Of a DNA stretch of 64,000 nt, positions 58,577 to 64,000 are shown piece by piece. Within the stretch, counting starts at the first letter, position 1. The number at the start of each line of letters is the position of its first letter. The notes beneath the pieces were generated by a model, which saw nothing but the letters and a program-made list of their open reading frames with translations, was not told the DNA's origin and made no database searches. A program made the translations under genes and the position numbers. This DNA is from Paragordius varius (lineage: Eukaryota; Animalia; Nematomorpha): positions 12,462,001 to 12,526,000 of the forward strand of contig OZ176053.1 of NCBI GenBank assembly GCA_964247055.1, given 5' to 3'.

Positions 58577-61500
58577 TTATTTTATTTTAAAAATGTCCTC
58601 ATCTGCTAATACAACATCATTGCTAATTTTGAATGTTTGTTTTCCACTCAATTTTGTTTTCTTATTTGGTTGCATAGTGTGATTTTTTTCCGAAATATTT
58701 TTATTTTGCTTCTTGGATTGCTTTAGATTGAATAATGTATTATTGTAATTTGATATCTAAAGCCAAGAATACATTTTAAAATGTATTAATAGCAAAAAAT
58801 AATATTTATATTAAACAATTTTTGGGTTGTTAATATAATTCAGCTATTATTCAATACTTATATTGCGATATTTAATTATATATAGCATAATTATATTAGA
58901 TATTGAAAATAAAATAAATTATAAATTTGATTAATAGATTTAATATTTTATAATCTTAAACAAATCATTTGAATATGTGGAAAAAATTGATAAAAAATGT
59001 TTACTAAAAAGCTTTTTCTTTTATATTTCATCGCTTTAGCTCGTTCTTAATTCTTTAAATTTACTAATTCCAATCTATCATAATTACAATCCCGATATCG
59101 GTTTCATTTTTAATAAATATCCTATATACCACATAGAAAAGTATATTAAAAGAATTATTTGGATGTTTTATAAAAATAAGGGGGTGAGAAAGAGAAAGAT
59201 AAAACATTGAGTGGTTGTAACAAAAATTTAAAATAATCATTTAGTTTTTTAAAACGGTTTTAAAACCGTCTTCTACGTAAAATACACTAGATCAACTATG
59301 CGCAAATTATACGCGTAGCATTTAACAAGAAATATTTCAGCATATTTATGTTTTTTAGCCTAAATTTATTGATAAAAACCATAAATTTCAAAAATACTGG
59401 TACCTTTTTACGTTGTGTAATCTCGTCAAGTCGCTCCTGAGTTCGCAATTCTTTCCATTTGTAAAAATACTGCTCGAGAGGTGAATCTTTCTCTTGTTTC
59501 CAATTTTCTTCAAATTGAACCATCTGAGTTAATAGAAAGAATATATAAATATAATTAAATAGGTAAAAAGAATTAATAAAATTTATTCAAGCTTTATTTG
59601 TAATATTTAATTATTCAATTACATACCATTTTTTCAATATTGATAGTATTATGATCTTCTGTTGGTAAAAAAATTTGTTTTCTTTTCTCCTTAATAAACT
59701 TGACATTTTCTTCAAGTTTGGTTAAGAGTTGTTTTATGACAGCTCGTTGTGCTGTATTTTTGCTATTTTTTAAGAAAGTTTTTAATTGCGTTCGAAAAAC
59801 CAAAGTTATTTCAGGGAATGCAACGGAATAAACATAGTTGATTGTGTATTCCATTGTTAAATCATATATGCGTCCAATGATTTCATCCTATTCCAAAGAC
59901 AACAAAATATTTTATTGTTAACAAATGTATCCAAATATCAGAATTGTAGGGCAATGGTCACACAATTGTGAGCAAATATATCCCCAAAAGATAATCTCAA
60001 CTCTTTTATAAAATTCTATTTCAGGTTGTAAAAAATAAGGGTGCAAATTGATTATTATTTACTATTATGTGTCATATATTTGTATTCAGAGAGGTTGTAT
60101 GGAAAATATGGTTTTTCGCATAAAACATATTCGTCTTTTACATTCAGAAAGTAATAAGTTAGAAAACAAAATCAATGAGTAAAAAAATTATAATATTTAC
60201 CCTAAAAATTTGTTCACGTAACTGAATAAGGGATGCCTTTAACAATAAATCGAGATTAAGATTTTTGCTGCTTTCTTCGTCAGTAAAAGGGCTATTGAAA
60301 TCTAACAGTTTAGGGATCTATTTGGGTTAAAAAACTAAAATGCTCACTTCAGATATTAAGGGGAGGACAGGAACAAAAACACCGGATTGACAAATAGTAT
60401 TGAGTGAGTTAATGACATTTATCCTTAATGGAATGTATTTTGAGGATGGGACCAGGCTAAATAAATGCATATATTTACTCAGATAATTTGAATTTATGAA
60501 AGTCAATATATTGTATACCATTTACAATTCAAATTCACCCTTGAACAATTCAAATTCACCCTTGAACAATTCAAATTCACCCTTGAACAATTCGAATTCA
60601 CCCTTAAACAATTAAATTCACCCTCAAATAAAATATATGTTTTTAGATTAAAAATTACCAATATTTTTATATATTTTTTAAAAAAAAATTTGTTTTAAAT
60701 TAAAATAATACTGAAAAAAAATAAACTATGCCATAAAAATATATTTCTTATTAATAATGAGTTATTTTAGTTTAACACTTAATTTATTTTTAGAATGGAC
60801 TTGTTCAAGGGTGAATCTAAATTGTTCGAGGGTGTGAATTGTTCAAGGGTGAATTTGAATTGTTAAAGGGTGTATTTGAACTGTAAATGGTATAATTAAA
60901 TTCTTCATATTTAATGTTGTGTGCATGATTGAAGATCACATTCCTGTCGAAATTTAGCCTTGTTTTAATAATAATATCAAGAAAAAAGCATGATATCAAC
61001 CGAAAAAATATTTAAATTTTTACTAAACCAAAATTGATTAAAATTTAAATATATATTTGCACATTGCTAAAGTATTGTTTGGTTTAACCTATTTTTGAAA
61101 TAATTTGTTATCTGAATACATTTAATTGTTACTTTATAACTCCAACACATAATTGTATGACAGCGCTTCGAAGTTTGCAAATATATTTTTTGAAATTCTG
61201 TGATATTTCGTTTGCGGGTAATTTAGAAAAAATAGAGGGTCCTTTATAAGATTGAGCATCAAAACTGTTTTGTGAAACGAAAAGTGACCAAAGATGCAAA
61301 CAATTAATGTATTGCCAATTGTAAACTCCATTTAAATTTTCCTGCCAATTGATAAAAATATAAAAAAGGAATAATTGATATCTCACGTAAAGTTTAATAA
61401 CAATATAAAACGTATTCATAAAATATAGTATAATAATTAACACTTCGATTCAAATTGGGGTATCTAAATACCCCAGACTATATTTAAGTTAAATTTTTAA

Positions 61501-63163
61501 AAAAACTACTGAAAGAAACGGTCCCATTTAAATTAATGCTTCTATTCTAATCAAAATTATACTAATAGCGGAAATATCTAAATAAAATTTAGTTTTGAAA
61601 AAAAAAGTTCCCTATCAAACTACTTCGACGCCATTTTAATTTTACAACATTTTTGCAAAATATCATGTTTATTGGATTTTTTAGCTAAAATGAAAGCGAT
61701 TTTTTCATTTAAGTCACATCTAACATGGATAGAATCAGAAAGAGGTTTATTTTCTATTATTTTTAGAATTATCTAATACACACATGTTATGTTGACTAAA
61801 TTTTTACCTTGACGTTTTACATATAAAATAAGTAATATCAGTATGTTTGGAATGCAATTTTTTATATATTTCGGTTCATTAATGTTATACCTGTACAAAT
61901 TTTTGTCATGGTTTTATTTCATTCCATATTTTTTGAATTATTTAATTTTAAACAGGCCTGGGATATCCAACTACCCCAATATGTATCGGAGGACTGAAAT
62001 GAATGTGTAATATCCAAGTGTTAAAATTAAAACGCGTATAAATGTCTATTATTTTATTCCACCTGTATACTAGTATAAATAAATTAATCCAGTTTTTTTC
62101 CATTTTATCAAACAAATATCAGTTTAGAACTAATTATTTGTGAAAAAATCTACTTGTTGGTTGGTATTATAGCCATCCTTGAGAGTTTTGGCCATTTGTC
62201 GCAAAATATTGTGAGCGAAAATGCATGAGGAAGCAGGTTTAACATTTAAGATTTCGACAAAAGATTTTTGAAAGAAATGAATAACAGTCAAATTTGACGC
62301 TGTTGGAAACTTCACATTAACTTTGTAATGATTGTACATTTTCTATCATATATAAATTAAGTATATATAATAAATTTGGCTATGCAATAAAATTATTTTT
62401 TTATCAATGACAAGAAATAATATATGTATTTGTATTTCAACAAAATTGTAAAACTAATATAAAATTAGGGAAAATAAATTAAATTTTTTAACATTAAATA
62501 CTAATAATGTTACTATGCATATAATTTCAAAAATTGATTTTTTCTTTTTTTTCGGCTTGGATTCTGATTTCAAAATTTTTGATTTGTCTCTAGTTGGACT
62601 GTAATCAAAATATGGTATCGACTTTGATATTATAAGATAGGCGAGGATTTGTACACTTTCATCTGTATCATTGGCCCACTTTGATATCAAAAAATCAAAC
62701 AACTCCTTATAAAGTTTATTAAAGGTAAGAAAAAACAATAACAAAGATTTGATATGATTCATTATGGCTAATAAAGATCCTGTTGATTTTGTTTGAGTTG
62801 CAAACTAAAAATAGAATTAATGTTTTACTTTAAGGATAGAAGCAAGATATTCATAAAATAGGGTTTTATTTTTCTTAAAATTTATGCTAATTATGGCATT
62901 ATCTTTCCAATTTTCTATAGTTTTATCAGTAACATGAAGGTATGTAAACAAAGCTTCTTCTACAGTTTCTAAACAAACAGATATGATTGCGTTAAATGCT
63001 ATGATAACTAAAATAGTTTACTGATTTCATCAATAGGTCGCTCACTTCGAACACATTGATTTAGGGAAGATGTTATTAGAGTCAAATATTTTATTGTTGC
63101 ACGGCCTTCCACCAATTTTTGACCATAAAATTTAATATTTTCTAGCGTTAACTCTGCAGGCAT
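58577..63163 (-). CDS. NOC2L: Nucleolar complex protein 2 homolog (start and last exon tentative)
   Basis: Exons FLTFNKLYKELFDFLISKWANDTDESVQILAYLII, MYNHYKVNVKFPTASNL...LRQMAKTLK, VYNWQYINCLHLW, SVAFPEITLVFRTQLKTFLK...LLTKLEEN, SPLEQYFYKWKELR match recalled Noc2 motifs. Confidence 0.85.
60514..60894. mobile_element. Foldback/MITE with 21-nt tandem units, copy 2 (NOC2L intron)
   Basis: TATA-CCATTTAC...GTAAATGG-TATA; left arm 4-5 units of aattcaaattcacccttgaac, right arm about 4 inverted degenerate units; core homologous to 33415-33700. Confidence 0.8.
61437..62024 (+). mobile_element. piggyBac-type MITE, copy 4 (NOC2L intron)
   Basis: TTAA-CACTTCGATTCAAATTGGGGTATCTAAATACCCCAGAC ... TATCCAAGTG-TTAA; colinear with copy 1. 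Confidence 0.82.
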
Positions 63164-63389
63164 GGAGACGAAATGCAAAAGTGCAACAGTTGTAAACTTT
63201 ACATAAGGTATTTATAAACAAAAACATATAATTAACGAAGCCGATTAAGTTATTGAATACTCTAATAAGTATTTAACACTTTGTTACCTTTTCACTTTTA
63301 TCTTATTTCACCTTTTGAGGTAGTGTTATATCCCAGATCTACCACAGTTTAAGTTAATTAAATTAAATGATTATAAAACATTTTTATAA

Positions 63390-64000
63390 TGTCCAGATTA
63401 TAAATCTGCGCATATTGAAAGTATAACAAGGGAAGAAGTCCAGGCTGGTTTAGAAGAGATGTCAATAAATAAGGCTGCAGGTCCAGACGATATTAACATA
63501 AACTGTTGGAAATATTGTCAGGAAAAGGTATTGAATTTTTGGCAGATATTTTTAATAATGTAGTTACTACAGGTATGATACCAACCGAATGGAAGGAGAG
63601 TTTCACTGTTCCCATTTTCAAGGGTAAAGGAGATATTAATGATTGTAATAATCACAGAGGGATAAGATTGATGTCGCATACAATGAAGTTATTTGAGAAA
63701 GTACTAGAGAAAAGAATAAGAAAAATGGTTAGTATTGAGGGTAATCAATTTGGTTTTATTCCAGGAAAATCCACTATTGACCCAATTCACGCGGTAAGAA
63801 GGCTAATCGAGAAGCATATAGAAATGAAAAAGGAGTTGCATGGTATTTGTATTGATAATGAAAAGGCGTTTGACAGAATACCTCGGAGCACAATATGGTG
63901 GAGCTTAAGACGGAAAAAGGTCCCTGAAAGTTACATAATGATTTTAAAAAGCCTGTACGAATCACACCAAACCAAAATTAAAACACACCAGGGGATATCA
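63390..64000 (+). mobile_element. RTE-clade LINE reverse transcriptase (N-terminal RT region, runs off window)
   Basis: ITREEV...KAAGPDDI, then after a 1-nt shift at the T-run 63536-63540: EWKESFTVPIFKGKGD...RGIRLMSHTMKLFEKVL...QFGFIPGKSTID...IDNEKAFDRIPR. Confidence 0.9.

Noticed and set aside
60524-60620. 21-nt tandem repeats resembling a CRISPR array
   Set aside because: No unique spacers, eukaryotic context, and they form the arm of an inverted-repeat element.

Overview
AT-rich eukaryotic (animal) genomic DNA with a compact gene architecture: most introns are only 22-29 nt (GT-AG), alongside a few transposon-inflated introns of 1-2.5 kb. Host genes supported by spliced translation: choline transporter-like SLC44A (-), MOB2 (+), a tetraspanin (-), BiP/HSPA5 ending in HDEL (+), an abLIM/UNC-115 protein with villin headpiece (+), two intact inverted copies plus one decayed copy of a ~500-aa ubiquitin-specific protease, tRNA-Val(TAC) (-), SDHB (+) and NOC2L (-). 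Mobile DNA: four loci of a non-autonomous Helitron family (two different 3' ends on one shared 5' end), four piggyBac-type TTAA MITEs, two foldback TA-MITEs, three decayed Mos1-like mariners interleaved with the USP copies, and four RTE-clade LINE fragments. The miniature introns plus metazoan genes suggest a genome-reduced parasitic animal (myxozoan, dicyemid or orthonectid); this is inference and was not verified. All protein identifications are from recalled motifs, not database searches. Most interesting: the miniature-intron regime and the mariner-linked, apparently gene-converting and diversifying USP cluster at 37-50 kb.
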